From an uncultured Acidobacteriaceae bacterium (GTDB lineage Bacteria; Acidobacteriota; Terriglobia; Terriglobales; Acidobacteriaceae): a stretch of DNA of 64,000 bases. Position 1 is the first letter of the stretch. Every line of letters starts with the position of its first letter. Of the stretch, positions 46,991 through 56,650 are shown in pieces. Below the pieces are notes generated by a model. The model was not told the origin of the DNA. It was given only the letters and a program-made list of their open reading frames with translations, and searched no databases. The position numbers and the translations under genes were made by a program. Where the stretch lies: contig CAVQAM010000003.1 of the NCBI GenBank assembly GCA_963710585.1, positions 32,371-96,370 of the forward strand. Reading direction: 5' to 3'.

Positions 46991-47037
46991 GCTTTAGCCA
47001 CTGAGGTAAGGGCTCTGGTTACCTCAGTGGCTAAAGC
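46991..47037. repeat. 19-bp perfect inverted repeat with 9-nt spacer
   Basis: GCTTTAGCCACTGAGGTAA-GGGCTCTGG-TTACCTCAGTGGCTAAAGC, in the intergenic region between divergent genes. Confidence 0.75.
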
Positions 47038-47140
47038 CGAATTCAAACGCGACTCTCAAATGCACCGCTGAAGCAGAAACGGCGGCCCCAAAGATCTGCG
47101 CTTGCGCTGGTTCCCCTGGCGGCGAGTAAACTGTATTCGC

Positions 47141-47608
47141 ATGACCTTGTTCGAAGCCCAACCCTATGATGCGGCGCGCGCCCGCAAGAAACGCCAGGTG
47201 ATCCTCGCCATCATCGGCGGCGTCATCGTCATCGGTATCTTGTGGTGGATGTTCCGCTTCTGGCCGGAAGAGCATGCCGTAAACCAGTTCTTCGATGCGC
47301 TGCAGCAGCAGAATTATGACCAAGCCTACGCCGTTTGGATGCACGATCCGGATTGGAAACAGCATCCTGACAGGTATTCGCGTTATCTCTACAACGACTT
47401 TCTCAAGGATTGGGGGCCGAGCGGCGAATGGGGCGTCATCAAAAGCCATCACATTGATGGCGCAGCGGTGCCGAAGGGCTACAGTGGCTCGCCGTTTGCT
47501 ACCGCCAGTGGAGTGGTGGTGGTAGTCACGGTCAACGACCGGGTCAGCGACAAAGCGCACATCTGGGTGCAGAACGACGACAAGACGTTGGGGTTCTCGC
47601 CGTATTAG
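47141..47608 (+). CDS. Hypothetical membrane-anchored protein
   Basis: ATG 47141; TM VILAIIGGVIVIGILWWMF, then a soluble domain; no family recognised. Confidence 0.4.
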   Translation: MTLFEAQPYDAARARKKRQVILAIIGGVIVIGILWWMFRFWPEEHAVNQFFDALQQQNYDQAYAVWMHDPDWKQHPDRYSRYLYNDFLKDWGPSGEWGVIKSHHIDGAAVPKGYSGSPFATASGVVVVVTVNDRVSDKAHIWVQNDDKTLGFSPY

Positions 47609-47632
47609 CCGAGAGTGACGAGCAATCCGCGG

Positions 47633-48598
47633 CTAATCTGGTTTGGGCGACGCCGTGCTGAGGTGGTTCACCGTCTTCTGCAGCGAGGCTTCGTCTTCCA
47701 CGTTCACGCAAGTGCGCGAGCGGTCAATCTGGCGCAGCAGTCCGCACAACACCTTGCCGGGGCCGACCTCTACAAAGGTCTGCACTCCGAGCGCCGCCAA
47801 TTCGCGCACGGAGTTGTGCCACTGCACCGTCCCGGTTACCTGGCGTATGAGTGCCTCGCGCGCCTGCTCGCCGGTCGTGATCAGACTGGCATCCACGTTG
47901 CACATCACGGGAACTGCGGGCGCGTGAAACGTCAATGCGCGCAAGTCCTCCGCCAGGCGGTCCTGCGCGGGCCGCATCAACGCGCAATGGAAGGGAGCGC
48001 TGACGGGAAGCAGGATGGCGCGCTTGGCGCCGCGGTGCTTGGCCAACGCGGTGGCGCGCTCGACCGCCGCTTTGTTGCCGGAGATGACTGTCTGATCGGG
48101 TGAGTTCAGGTTGGCCGCCTGGCAGACTTCTCCCTGCGCCGCCTCTTCGCACACCAGTTGCACCTTCTCGCTCGACAGCGCGAGGATGGCAGCCATCGCG
48201 CCTACGCCAACCGGCACCGCCTCCTGCATGTACTTCCCGCGATTGCGCACGGTGCGCACCGCATCCGCAAACGATAGGGTGCCGGCAGCCACGTGCGCCG
48301 AATATTCCCCCAGGCTGTGCCCCGCGACGTAGGCAGGGGTGATCGCTTTGGATTGAAGCACGCGCCACGCCGCAACCGACACCGTCAGGATCGCCGGCTG
48401 CGTGGTCTCCGTCAGCTTAAGCTGCTCTTCGGGACCTTCGAAGCATAGTTGCGAAATTTTGTAGCCGAGAGCATCGTCGGCTTCGTCGAAGGTTTCCTTC
48501 GCCACCGGATACAGGGTGGCGAGTTCCTTGCCCATGCCAACCGCTTGCGAACCTTGTCCGGGAAAAAGGAATGCGATGGGAGAAGAATGCAAACTCAT
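47633..48598 (-). CDS. fabD: Malonyl-CoA:ACP transacylase
   Basis: FLFPGQGSQ and GHSLGEYSA active-site motifs; 321 aa. Confidence 0.9.
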   Translation of the reverse strand: MSLHSSPIAFLFPGQGSQAVGMGKELATLYPVAKETFDEADDALGYKISQLCFEGPEEQLKLTETTQPAILTVSVAAWRVLQSKAITPAYVAGHSLGEYSAHVAAGTLSFADAVRTVRNRGKYMQEAVPVGVGAMAAILALSSEKVQLVCEEAAQGEVCQAANLNSPDQTVISGNKAAVERATALAKHRGAKRAILLPVSAPFHCALMRPAQDRLAEDLRALTFHAPAVPVMCNVDASLITTGEQAREALIRQVTGTVQWHNSVRELAALGVQTFVEVGPGKVLCGLLRQIDRSRTCVNVEDEASLQKTVNHLSTASPKPD

Positions 48599-48661
48599 CG
48601 TGCCTCGCTGAATCGTGCGGTCAATTGGAGATGACAGAACCTGTCGCGGGCAAGCACAGCG

Positions 48662-49744
48662 CTACACTATGCTGCTGCCGAGCGGGCCAGCGGTGGCGGC
48701 GTCGCTGACGTGATTGTTCAGGTTCTTGCTGGCGGCGGCAATGCGCTCCTGAATCACGTCATTGAGTTGGCTGTTGGCAAACTCCATGGCCACCCGCACC
48801 GCGTTTTTGATGGCGTTCGCGTTCGACGAACCGTGGCTGACGATGCATACGCCCTTCAGTCCCAATAGCGGCGCGCCCCCGTACTCGGAGTAGTCGAGGC
48901 GCCTCTTGAAATCGGCAAAGGCCTTGCGCGACAGCAGGAAGCCGACCTGGCTGCTGATGGTGGCTTGCAACGATTGCTTCAGCAGGAAGCGTACGGTCTC
49001 GACCATGCCCTCGGAGATCTTCAGCGCCACGTTGCCGACAAAGCCGTCGCACACCAGCACGTCGGCCTTGCCGTTGTAGAGATCGCGCCCCTCAACATTG
49101 CCCACGAAATTCATGGGCAGCTCTCGCAGCAGCTTGTAGGCTTCGCGGGTAAGTTCGTTGCCCTTGCTCTCTTCCTCGCCGATGGAGAGCAAACCGACGC
49201 GCGGATGCTCGGCGCTGGGAAACTTCCCGCCAAAAATGCTGCGAAAGTAGATATCGCCCATGATGGCGAACTGCTGCAGGTTTTGCGGCTTGGAATCGAC
49301 ATTGGCGCCGACGTCGATCAGGATGGTGGCCGTGCCCTGAGCGGTAGGAAATACCGCGGCCAGTGCAGGACGGTCCACGCCGGGGATCGCGCCCAAGACC
49401 ATTTTCGCGGTGGCCATGGCCGCGCCGGTGTTGCCGGCGGTAACGAAACCGGCGGCCTTGCCGTCGCGCACCAGGCGCAGGCCGACGCGCAGGGATGAGT
49501 CACGCTTGCTGCGCATCGCCTGCGCCGCCTTCTCTTGCATGCCGATGACTTCGCGGGCGTTGACGATGCGAATGGAGAGCCTGCGCCAGAATGGGTGCAG
49601 GTCGAGCTCGCCGCGGATCACGTCCTCTTTGCCCACCAGCAGGACTTCCACGTCATAGTGACGGGCGGCGAGAATGGCGCCTTCCACTTCGGGTTTGGGC
49701 GCGCGGTCCGAGCCCATGGCGTCAACAGCAATAGTGGTGGGCAT
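48662..49744 (-). CDS. plsX: Phosphate acyltransferase PlsX
   Basis: 360 aa; typical PlsX N-terminus ([11 protein letters not shown]) and rpmF-plsX context. Confidence 0.9.
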   Translation of the reverse strand: MPTTIAVDAMGSDRAPKPEVEGAILAARHYDVEVLLVGKEDVIRGELDLHPFWRRLSIRIVNAREVIGMQEKAAQAMRSKRDSSLRVGLRLVRDGKAAGFVTAGNTGAAMATAKMVLGAIPGVDRPALAAVFPTAQGTATILIDVGANVDSKPQNLQQFAIMGDIYFRSIFGGKFPSAEHPRVGLLSIGEEESKGNELTREAYKLLRELPMNFVGNVEGRDLYNGKADVLVCDGFVGNVALKISEGMVETVRFLLKQSLQATISSQVGFLLSRKAFADFKRRLDYSEYGGAPLLGLKGVCIVSHGSSNANAIKNAVRVAMEFANSQLNDVIQERIAAASKNLNNHVSDAATAGPLGSSIV

Positions 49745-49867
49745 GTCTGCCTGTCAGTTGCAAACCTTCGTAACCGTCAAACCGAGGACGCAGTCCAGCT
49801 TCAAATTGCGAGTGCGCTGTAGCTTACCGCCCAAGTTTGGCCGGAAAAGGATACCACCGCAACCGCG

Positions 49868-50056
49868 CTAGCTGGTGCTCTCTGCGACCTCGATGACCTC
49901 GCGCCCCTTATAGTAACCGCACTTTGGGCAGGTGCGATGCGGCAATTTGCGCTCGTGGCAGTTGGGACACTCGGACAACGATTGCGCCGTCAGATGATCG
50001 TGGGAGCGGCGTTTGGATGTGCGCGCCTGGGAATGACGTCGTTTCGGATTAGGCAT
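49868..50056 (-). CDS. rpmF: 50S ribosomal protein L32
   Basis: MPNPKRRHSQARTSKRRSH...CPNCHE..LPHRTCPKCG. Confidence 0.9.
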   Translation of the reverse strand: MPNPKRRHSQARTSKRRSHDHLTAQSLSECPNCHERKLPHRTCPKCGYYKGREVIEVAESTS

Positions 50057-50106
50057 TCAGGACCTCGTAAACAGGACCGCCCGGCCTGGCCGCGCGATCG
50101 GAACTT

Positions 50107-50658
50107 TTAGGTTTGCAGCTTCTTCTTGATTTCGTTCAGCGCTTCCCACCGCGGGTCGCTAAGATGTTGCTCACAATGGCATTGCTCGACGTTCAGATTC
50201 GTGCCGCAATGCGGGCATAATCCCTTGCAATCCTCGCGGCACAGCGCCCTGACCGGCGTGGCCAGCAGCACCTGCTCGCGCAGCGCATCTTCCAGCAAAA
50301 GACCTTCGCCTTGATAATACCCGATCTCGGTCTCCGCCTCGGTAATCGCCACCTCATCGGCGCGGCGATCCACCCCTAAGGGCCGGTAGATCAGGTCGAA
50401 GGCCCAGTTCACGTCCTCGCCCACCGGCTCCAGGCAGCGCGCGCAACTGAACTCCAGGTGCGCTTCCACCTTGCCCACCAGCCGGATGTCCTCGACGTTC
50501 TGGTGGTGCCCGCGATGCTCCACGATCAACTCGGCGCGGCCTACGCTGTGCAAGGGGCCAATCTGCCGGAAGTCGGGACCAAACTCGATGGCGCCGGGCT
50601 GATAGTTTTCGTCGAACTCCAAATTACGGGGTTCCAGTTCCCGGACCCGAATCAGCAT
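50107..50658 (-). CDS. yceD: YceD/DUF177 family protein
   Basis: 183 aa; C-terminal CxxxC...CPxC cluster (CREDCKGLCPHCG); conserved position upstream of rpmF. Confidence 0.8.
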   Translation of the reverse strand: MLIRVRELEPRNLEFDENYQPGAIEFGPDFRQIGPLHSVGRAELIVEHRGHHQNVEDIRLVGKVEAHLEFSCARCLEPVGEDVNWAFDLIYRPLGVDRRADEVAITEAETEIGYYQGEGLLLEDALREQVLLATPVRALCREDCKGLCPHCGTNLNVEQCHCEQHLSDPRWEALNEIKKKLQT

Positions 50659-50832
50659 GGCAGCACCCGCCTAAGAAAACGCCCAAAATAGCCCTTCGCT
50701 CCGGCCGGAACCGGGTCTGGCAGGCCATGCTCCTGACGGGAAACGCTGGCAGGTACAGACGGGCGGGATCGTTCTTAAGGCAAACACTAAGGATAAATTC
50801 ATGGGACAGCAGTGTCAAGGCGGGCAGTGCTG

Positions 50833-52121
50833 AGTGACGTAACGTTGATTGTGTAAAAAGCGAGAGGGTGTAAGTTGGCTTTGGCCTAGCAAGCTAAAGC
50901 CACCCTAGAAAAGGAGACTTACACCCATGGCGAAGGTAACACCGATCAGCGAGCACTTCCAACACTTCCTGGCGGAGATGAAGGAGACATTCTGGGGCGA
51001 TCTGTATGGCCAGACCAAGCTGGCGTGGCAGCGCTTCTTCGAGCTGCAGTCGGAGCGGCAGCGGGACCGCTTTTCCGGCGCGCAGTGGTACGAACGGCGG
51101 CCGGGCCAGCGCCGGGTCTATCGCAATGGCTACTACGAGCGGGATTTCGTGACCCGCTTGGGGACCCTTCGGCTGCGCATCGCGCGCACCCGGGAGAAGA
51201 GTTTTCTGCCCGCGGGCTTGGAGCGGTTTCAGCGGCGGGCCGAAGAAGTCTCGATGCTGATCCGCGAAGCCTTTCTGCGCGGCATCTCGACCCGGCAGGT
51301 GGGACGGGTAGTGGCCACCCTGACCGGCGAAGTGGTGAGCGCGCAGACGGTGTCGAAGCTGACCCGCGATCTGGACGAGGCGGTGCGCCAGTTTCACCAG
51401 GCCAGGCTGAGCGACGAGTACGTGTATTTGTTTCTGGACGGGGTGAGCTTGCGGGTGCGGCGTCCGGGGGGACGCAAACGGGTACAGATGTTGGTGGCCT
51501 ATGGGGTGCGGCGTGACGGCACTCGTCATTTGCTGGCCTTTCTGCGCAGTCAGGGAGAAAGTCAGGCGGACTGGGAGGGGCTGCTGCAGGATCTGTACCG
51601 CCGCGGGCTGGAAGGCAAACACTTGGCCCTGATCATCACCGATGGTTGTGCCGGTTTGGCGGCGGCGATTCCGACGGTATATCCCCGAGCACGGCATCAG
51701 CGTTGCTGGGTGCACAAGATGCGCAATATTCTGCAGAAAGTACGCAAGGCAGACTACGAGGAAGTGAAGGCCGGGGCGCAGGCCATTTACCTGGCCCCCG
51801 GCCGGGGGCAAGCCGAAGCCGCCTTGCGTCGCTTCCGCGCCCGCTGGCGGCGAGACTACCCCAGCATGGTGCGGCGCCTGGAACGCGATCTGCCCGAGTT
51901 GCTGGCCTTCTTCGCCTTTCCCCGCCACCTGTGGCGCAAGCTGAGGACAACCAATGTGATCGAGCGCTGCTTCGTAGAAGTCCGGCGGCGCACCCGGCCG
52001 ATGGTGTGCTTTGTGAATGTCGAGAGCGTGGACCGCATCATCTACTCCATCTTCCAGAGATTCAACCTGGAATGGAAAACCCGCACCCTCTCCGTATTTA
52101 CACAAGCAGCTTGACATCACC
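50833..52121 (+). mobile_element. IS256-family insertion sequence, copy 2
   Basis: Offset of exactly 50503 nt from copy 1, with identical ORF translations. Flanked by GTGCTGA(G) at 50827-50833/4 and 52122-52128/9; the first base of the element is ambiguous by 1 nt. Confidence 0.9.
50927..52114 (+). CDS. IS256-family DDE transposase
   Basis: 395 aa, identical to 424-1611. Confidence 0.9.
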   Translation: MAKVTPISEHFQHFLAEMKETFWGDLYGQTKLAWQRFFELQSERQRDRFSGAQWYERRPGQRRVYRNGYYERDFVTRLGTLRLRIARTREKSFLPAGLERFQRRAEEVSMLIREAFLRGISTRQVGRVVATLTGEVVSAQTVSKLTRDLDEAVRQFHQARLSDEYVYLFLDGVSLRVRRPGGRKRVQMLVAYGVRRDGTRHLLAFLRSQGESQADWEGLLQDLYRRGLEGKHLALIITDGCAGLAAAIPTVYPRARHQRCWVHKMRNILQKVRKADYEEVKAGAQAIYLAPGRGQAEAALRRFRARWRRDYPSMVRRLERDLPELLAFFAFPRHLWRKLRTTNVIERCFVEVRRRTRPMVCFVNVESVDRIIYSIFQRFNLEWKTRTLSVFTQAA

Positions 52122-52355
52122 GTGCTGAGTGACGTGAGCCTGCGTGGCCCCAACCAGAGTTCGAGGAGTATGCAAGATTTCACTCGTCCGGCTAATACCT
52201 TCCCCAGACGTTAGCCCAATTAGCGGATGGGACAATGGCGTTGACGCCAATATTTCCAGCAACAATCCTTTGACTCCGACTACCACGGAATTATGGTTTT
52301 GCGAGTAGCTGTCTTCGTTGACTTGCTTTCTGGCGCAACCTAAGATGAACGCTAA

Positions 52356-54746
52356 ATGCCGGGTTCTTCATCTCTCGTCGGCCAGACTATTTCCCATTAC
52401 CGAATCATAGAAAAGCTTGGCGCCGGCGGCATGGGCGAGGTCTATCGAGCTCGCGACGAGCAATTGCAACGCGATGTCGCGTTCAAAATCCTTCCGCCGG
52501 ATTCTCAGGGCAGCGCCGATGCGAAACAGAAACTCCTCACAGAAGCGCGCTCCGCCTCTGCCTTAAAGGACCCGCATATCTGCGTCATCCACGAAGTAGG
52601 CGAGGCCGGCGGCCAATCTTTCATTGTGATGGAACTCGTCGAGGGCAGGCCGCTCGATTCGCTGATCTCGCCGGAAGGACTTCGCCCGGAGCTGGTCGTG
52701 CGCTATGGCAGCCAGATTGCCGCTGCGCTGGCACATGCGCACGAGCACGGCATTATTCATCGCGACATCAAGCCGGCCAATGTCGTCATCACCCCCTCCG
52801 GCCAAGTCAAGGTTCTGGACTTTGGTCTTGCCAAGCTTGGCGATGACCGCGAATTCGCGGAAGCGATTCGCTTGACCCAATCGGCCGCCCATGCCGGCAC
52901 CGTCGTCGGAACGCTCCCCTACATGGCGCCGGAAATTCTCCGCGGCGAAGAAGCTGGCGCGACCAGCGATATTTGGTCGCTCGGCGTCACTCTCTTTGAA
53001 ATGTCTGCCGGCCATCTCCCCTTTCGTGGCCAGACGAGTTTCGAACTGACTTCTGGAATTCTGCGGAAGCCCCTCCCACCGCTCCCGCCCCAACTTCCGC
53101 CAGGACTCCGGACGGTGATCGAGCGCTGCCTCGAGAAGGAGCCGGGCCACCGCTACCAGCGTGCCAGCGAAGTCGGCGCAGCGCTCGAAGCGGCCCACAG
53201 CCAGCAGGGCCCATCTTCCTTCGCCGTTTCCGCCTCCGCCTCGGCAGCGGATTCCAGAAAGCGGGGCCTGTGGATTTTAGGCGTGATCGTCATGGCTGCA
53301 CTGGCCGCCGCTCTACTCGCTGCCAATGTCGGTGGTTTGCGTGACCGGGCATTCCATCGCGCCTCGGCTCCCGGCATTCGCTCTCTCGCCGTGCTGCCGC
53401 TGGAAAATCTCTCCGGCGACCCGCAACAGCAGTATTTCGCCGATGGCATGACCGAAGAACTGACCACCGAGCTGTCCCAGGTCAGTTCGTTGCGAGTGGT
53501 CTCGCGCACCTCGGCGATGCGCTATAAGGGAACGCAGAAGTCGGTGCCGGAGATTGCACGGGAGCTGAATGTCGATGCCGTGGTTGAAGGTTCGGTCGAA
53601 CGCGAAGGGGATCGCGTCCGGATCACCGCGCAACTGGTTCAAGGCGCCAACGATACGCACCTCTGGGCCAAGGGCTACGAACGCGATTTCCGGGACTCCC
53701 TCCGCCTGCAGGACGAAGTCGCGCAGGCTATCGTCGATGAGATCCAGTTGAAACTCACCCCGCAGGAACACGCCCGCTTTGCCCGCAACGAGTTCATTGA
53801 TCCCGCAGCCCACGAAGACTATCTCCGCGGCCTTTTCCACCTGAATCTGCGTAATGGTCCTGACGAACGAAAAGCCATAGAGTTTTTCCAGGCCGCCATC
53901 AAGAAGGACCCGGCTTATGCCGCGGCCTACGCTGCCCTGGCGGATTCCTATCGGGCACTCATATTCAACAGCAACGCCGCTCCTGGTGACGTTCTTCCTC
54001 AATCCATGGCTGCTGCCAAGCGCGCCATCGAGATTGACAGCCAGCTTGCCGAAGCCCATACCTTGCTGGCCGCCAACTTGGCGGATTATGACTGGGATTG
54101 GGCGGGTGGCGAGAGGGAATTTCAAACTGCGCTCCGTCTAAATCCGAACTCCTCCCTCACGCACTCCTACTATGCACATTTCCTCCGTCAACAGGGCAAG
54201 ATCGAAGAAGCGATTCGCGAAGCGCGGCGAGGAGTCGCACTCGACCCCGTGTCCCCGCAAGCCACCTTCCTTTTGGCGCAGAGCCTTTACGAGGCGCGGC
54301 GCTACGACGAAGCTATCTCCCAACTGCACAAAGCCCTGGCTCTCGAGCCGCGCTTCTGGCCCGCGCATCTTTACCTGGGCAAGACGTTTGCCGAGCAGGG
54401 CCAGTATCAGGAAGCACTCGTGGAATTGAGAAAAGCGCAAAACTTCACGGCTGAACCCTACGCGACGAGCGGCTACGTTTACGGGCGCATGGGCCGTGCC
54501 GCAGACGCCCGCAAGGTAATTGCGGATCTGCAGGAGCAGTCGAAAGAAGGCTATGTGGCGCCCACCGACTTCGCGAAAGTTTACATTGGTCTCGGCGACA
54601 AACAGCAAGCCTTCGCTTGGCTCGAAAAGGGTTATCAGCAGCACGATTTCTGGCTCACCTTCCTTAAAGGTGATCCCCTATTCGATTCCCTGCGCTCTGA
54701 TCCTCGCTTTCAGAACCTGGTCCGCCGGATCGGACTGCCGCAGTGA
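52356..54746 (+). CDS. Ser/Thr protein kinase with TM segment, periplasmic-type domain and C-terminal TPR repeats
   Basis: GxGxxG (LGAGGMGEV), HRDIKPANV, DFGLAK, APE; TM LWILGVIVMAALAAALLAANV; TPR region in the last ~300 aa. Confidence 0.85.
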   Translation: MPGSSSLVGQTISHYRIIEKLGAGGMGEVYRARDEQLQRDVAFKILPPDSQGSADAKQKLLTEARSASALKDPHICVIHEVGEAGGQSFIVMELVEGRPLDSLISPEGLRPELVVRYGSQIAAALAHAHEHGIIHRDIKPANVVITPSGQVKVLDFGLAKLGDDREFAEAIRLTQSAAHAGTVVGTLPYMAPEILRGEEAGATSDIWSLGVTLFEMSAGHLPFRGQTSFELTSGILRKPLPPLPPQLPPGLRTVIERCLEKEPGHRYQRASEVGAALEAAHSQQGPSSFAVSASASAADSRKRGLWILGVIVMAALAAALLAANVGGLRDRAFHRASAPGIRSLAVLPLENLSGDPQQQYFADGMTEELTTELSQVSSLRVVSRTSAMRYKGTQKSVPEIARELNVDAVVEGSVEREGDRVRITAQLVQGANDTHLWAKGYERDFRDSLRLQDEVAQAIVDEIQLKLTPQEHARFARNEFIDPAAHEDYLRGLFHLNLRNGPDERKAIEFFQAAIKKDPAYAAAYAALADSYRALIFNSNAAPGDVLPQSMAAAKRAIEIDSQLAEAHTLLAANLADYDWDWAGGEREFQTALRLNPNSSLTHSYYAHFLRQQGKIEEAIREARRGVALDPVSPQATFLLAQSLYEARRYDEAISQLHKALALEPRFWPAHLYLGKTFAEQGQYQEALVELRKAQNFTAEPYATSGYVYGRMGRAADARKVIADLQEQSKEGYVAPTDFAKVYIGLGDKQQAFAWLEKGYQQHDFWLTFLKGDPLFDSLRSDPRFQNLVRRIGLPQ

Positions 54747-54927
54747 TCGCTCTCCGCTTGCGTAGCAATGCACCTTTCAGACACTGCTCGATGGTTCGTC
54801 TACCTTGCGCGCACTCCACTCGCCTGCATATACTTTGAAGGTTTGCCCGCCGATGTTGGATGCGCAGGTCTGCACGAGCCTCCACCGAGTCGTCCCGCAA
54901 CACACCCGCAATCATTCGGAGAAATCT

Positions 54928-56196
54928 ATGGCTACCGCACAGACTCTTGAGCAGGAAAGTAATCCCTGGGAACAACAGGCGGCGCGCTTCAACCTGGCCG
55001 CCGAAAAACTGAAACTCGATGCCGGCCTATGGCGCGTGTTGCAGCAGCCCAACCGCGAAATCATCGTCCACATCCCGGTCGCCATGGACAACGGGCAACT
55101 GGAAGTGTTCACCGGCTACCGGGTGCAGCATTCCATCGCGCGCGGTCCCGCCAAGGGCGGCGTGCGCTATTCGCCCGACGTGACGCTGGACGAAGTGCGC
55201 GCCCTGGCCAGCTGGATGACCTGGAAGTGCGCGGTGGTGAACATCCCGTTCGGCGGCGCCAAGGGCGGCATCATTTGCGATCCCAAGAACATGTCGCGCG
55301 GCGAACTGGAGCGCATGACCCGCCGCTACACCTCCGAGCTGATCGAGTTTATCGGCCCGGAGAAGGACGTCCCTGCCCCCGACGTCAACACCAATGAGCA
55401 GACCATGGCATGGATGATGGATACCTACTCCATGCACATGCGCCAGACGGTGACGGCGGTGGTGACCGGCAAGCCGCTCAACATGGGCGGCTCACGAGGC
55501 CGCCGTGAAGCCACCGGCCGCGGCGTGATGATCATCTGCGACGAATCCATCAAGAAGAACAACATGACGCGCGAAAACACTCGCGTGATCATCCAGGGCT
55601 TCGGCAATGTCGGCTCCAACGCCGCGGTCCTCATGCATCAGGCGGGATACAAGGTGGTCGGCATCGGCGAATGGGACGGCGGCTTGCACAGCAGCAAAGG
55701 CATCGACATTGCGGCGCTGTGGGAATATCGCCAGAAGGAAGGCACCATCCACGGCTTCAAGGGCGCTGAGCGCGCAGACACGGAAGAGTTGCTGATCACC
55801 GATTGTGAAATCCTGATTCCGGCCGCCACGGAGAACGTCATCAACTCGGGCAATGCCCACAAGGTGAAGGCAAAGATCCTGGTCGAAGGCGCCAACGGGC
55901 CCACGACGGCAGCCGCCGACGACGTCCTTAGCGATAAGCATGTCTTCGTGATGCCCGACATTCTGGCCAATGCCGGTGGCGTCACCGCGTCGTATTTCGA
56001 GTGGGTGCAGGACCGCCAGGGCTACTTCTGGAAAGAGTCGGTGGTCAACTCGCAGTTGGAGGACATCATGGTTTCGTCATTCGAGGACGTGGTCCGCTAT
56101 GCCGAGGCCCATCACGTAAACAACCGCATTGCGGCGTACATGCTGGCCATCGATCGTGTGGCCTATACGATCAAGCAGCGCGGGATTTACGCGTGA
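54928..56196 (+). CDS. gdh: Glutamate dehydrogenase (Glu/Leu/Phe/Val dehydrogenase family)
   Basis: GPAKGGVRY and [10 protein letters not shown] motifs; NAD(P) fold GFGNVG. ATG 54928 after GGAG. Confidence 0.9.
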   Translation: MATAQTLEQESNPWEQQAARFNLAAEKLKLDAGLWRVLQQPNREIIVHIPVAMDNGQLEVFTGYRVQHSIARGPAKGGVRYSPDVTLDEVRALASWMTWKCAVVNIPFGGAKGGIICDPKNMSRGELERMTRRYTSELIEFIGPEKDVPAPDVNTNEQTMAWMMDTYSMHMRQTVTAVVTGKPLNMGGSRGRREATGRGVMIICDESIKKNNMTRENTRVIIQGFGNVGSNAAVLMHQAGYKVVGIGEWDGGLHSSKGIDIAALWEYRQKEGTIHGFKGAERADTEELLITDCEILIPAATENVINSGNAHKVKAKILVEGANGPTTAAADDVLSDKHVFVMPDILANAGGVTASYFEWVQDRQGYFWKESVVNSQLEDIMVSSFEDVVRYAEAHHVNNRIAAYMLAIDRVAYTIKQRGIYA

Positions 56197-56223
56197 GAGC
56201 AGCTCCAACTTCACGGCCTCCCG

Positions 56224-56256
56224 CTTTGAAGGGGCGCACCTTCAGGTGCGCCGTTG
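56224..56256. terminator. Palindromic GGCGCACC-N4-GGTGCGCC hairpin (second copy)
   Basis: Stem 56233-56240/56245-56252. The context TTTGAAGGGGCGCACCTTCAGGTGCGCCGTTG equals the reverse complement of 3273-3306 apart from a few bases. Lies between convergent gene ends. Confidence 0.55.
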
Positions 56257-56332
56257 CAAATCCTTTATTCTTGCCATCCCGAGCCGACTTTAGCCGGCGA
56301 GGGATCTGTTTTAGCAGGGATACCGTGGAGCC

Positions 56333-56650
56333 CTACGCGGCGCTTTTGATCCGGCTGCAATGATAAAGGAACGACACCGCCAGCAGGATCGCGCCCAAGA
56401 CAATGAACGCGGCGATGCGGTATCCGCGCTCCAGCGTGCTGATGTCCACCAGAAACACCTTGAGCACCGTCATCGCCAGCAGAATGATGGCTTGCCAGCG
56501 TAGGAAGGCCGAGCGCTTCCAGAAGCCGACCAGCATCAAGCCGCTGCCATAGAACATCCATACCGCGGAATAAGCGAAGTCGCGCACATGCTGATCGAGA
56601 TGCAGAGCAACGTCGCATACCGCACCGACTTTCCCTCGGAAATACACCAG
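56333..56650 (-). pseudogene. DUF2339-like membrane protein, C-terminal remnant
   Basis: Last ~85-100 codons (DFAYSAVWMFYGSGLMLVGFWKRSAFLRWQAIILLAMTVLKVFLVDISTLERGYRIAAFIVLGAILLAVSFLY) match the DUF2339 C-terminus. Upstream, the frame runs into the oppositely oriented Wzi-like gene. The 5' limit is approximate. Confidence 0.5.
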
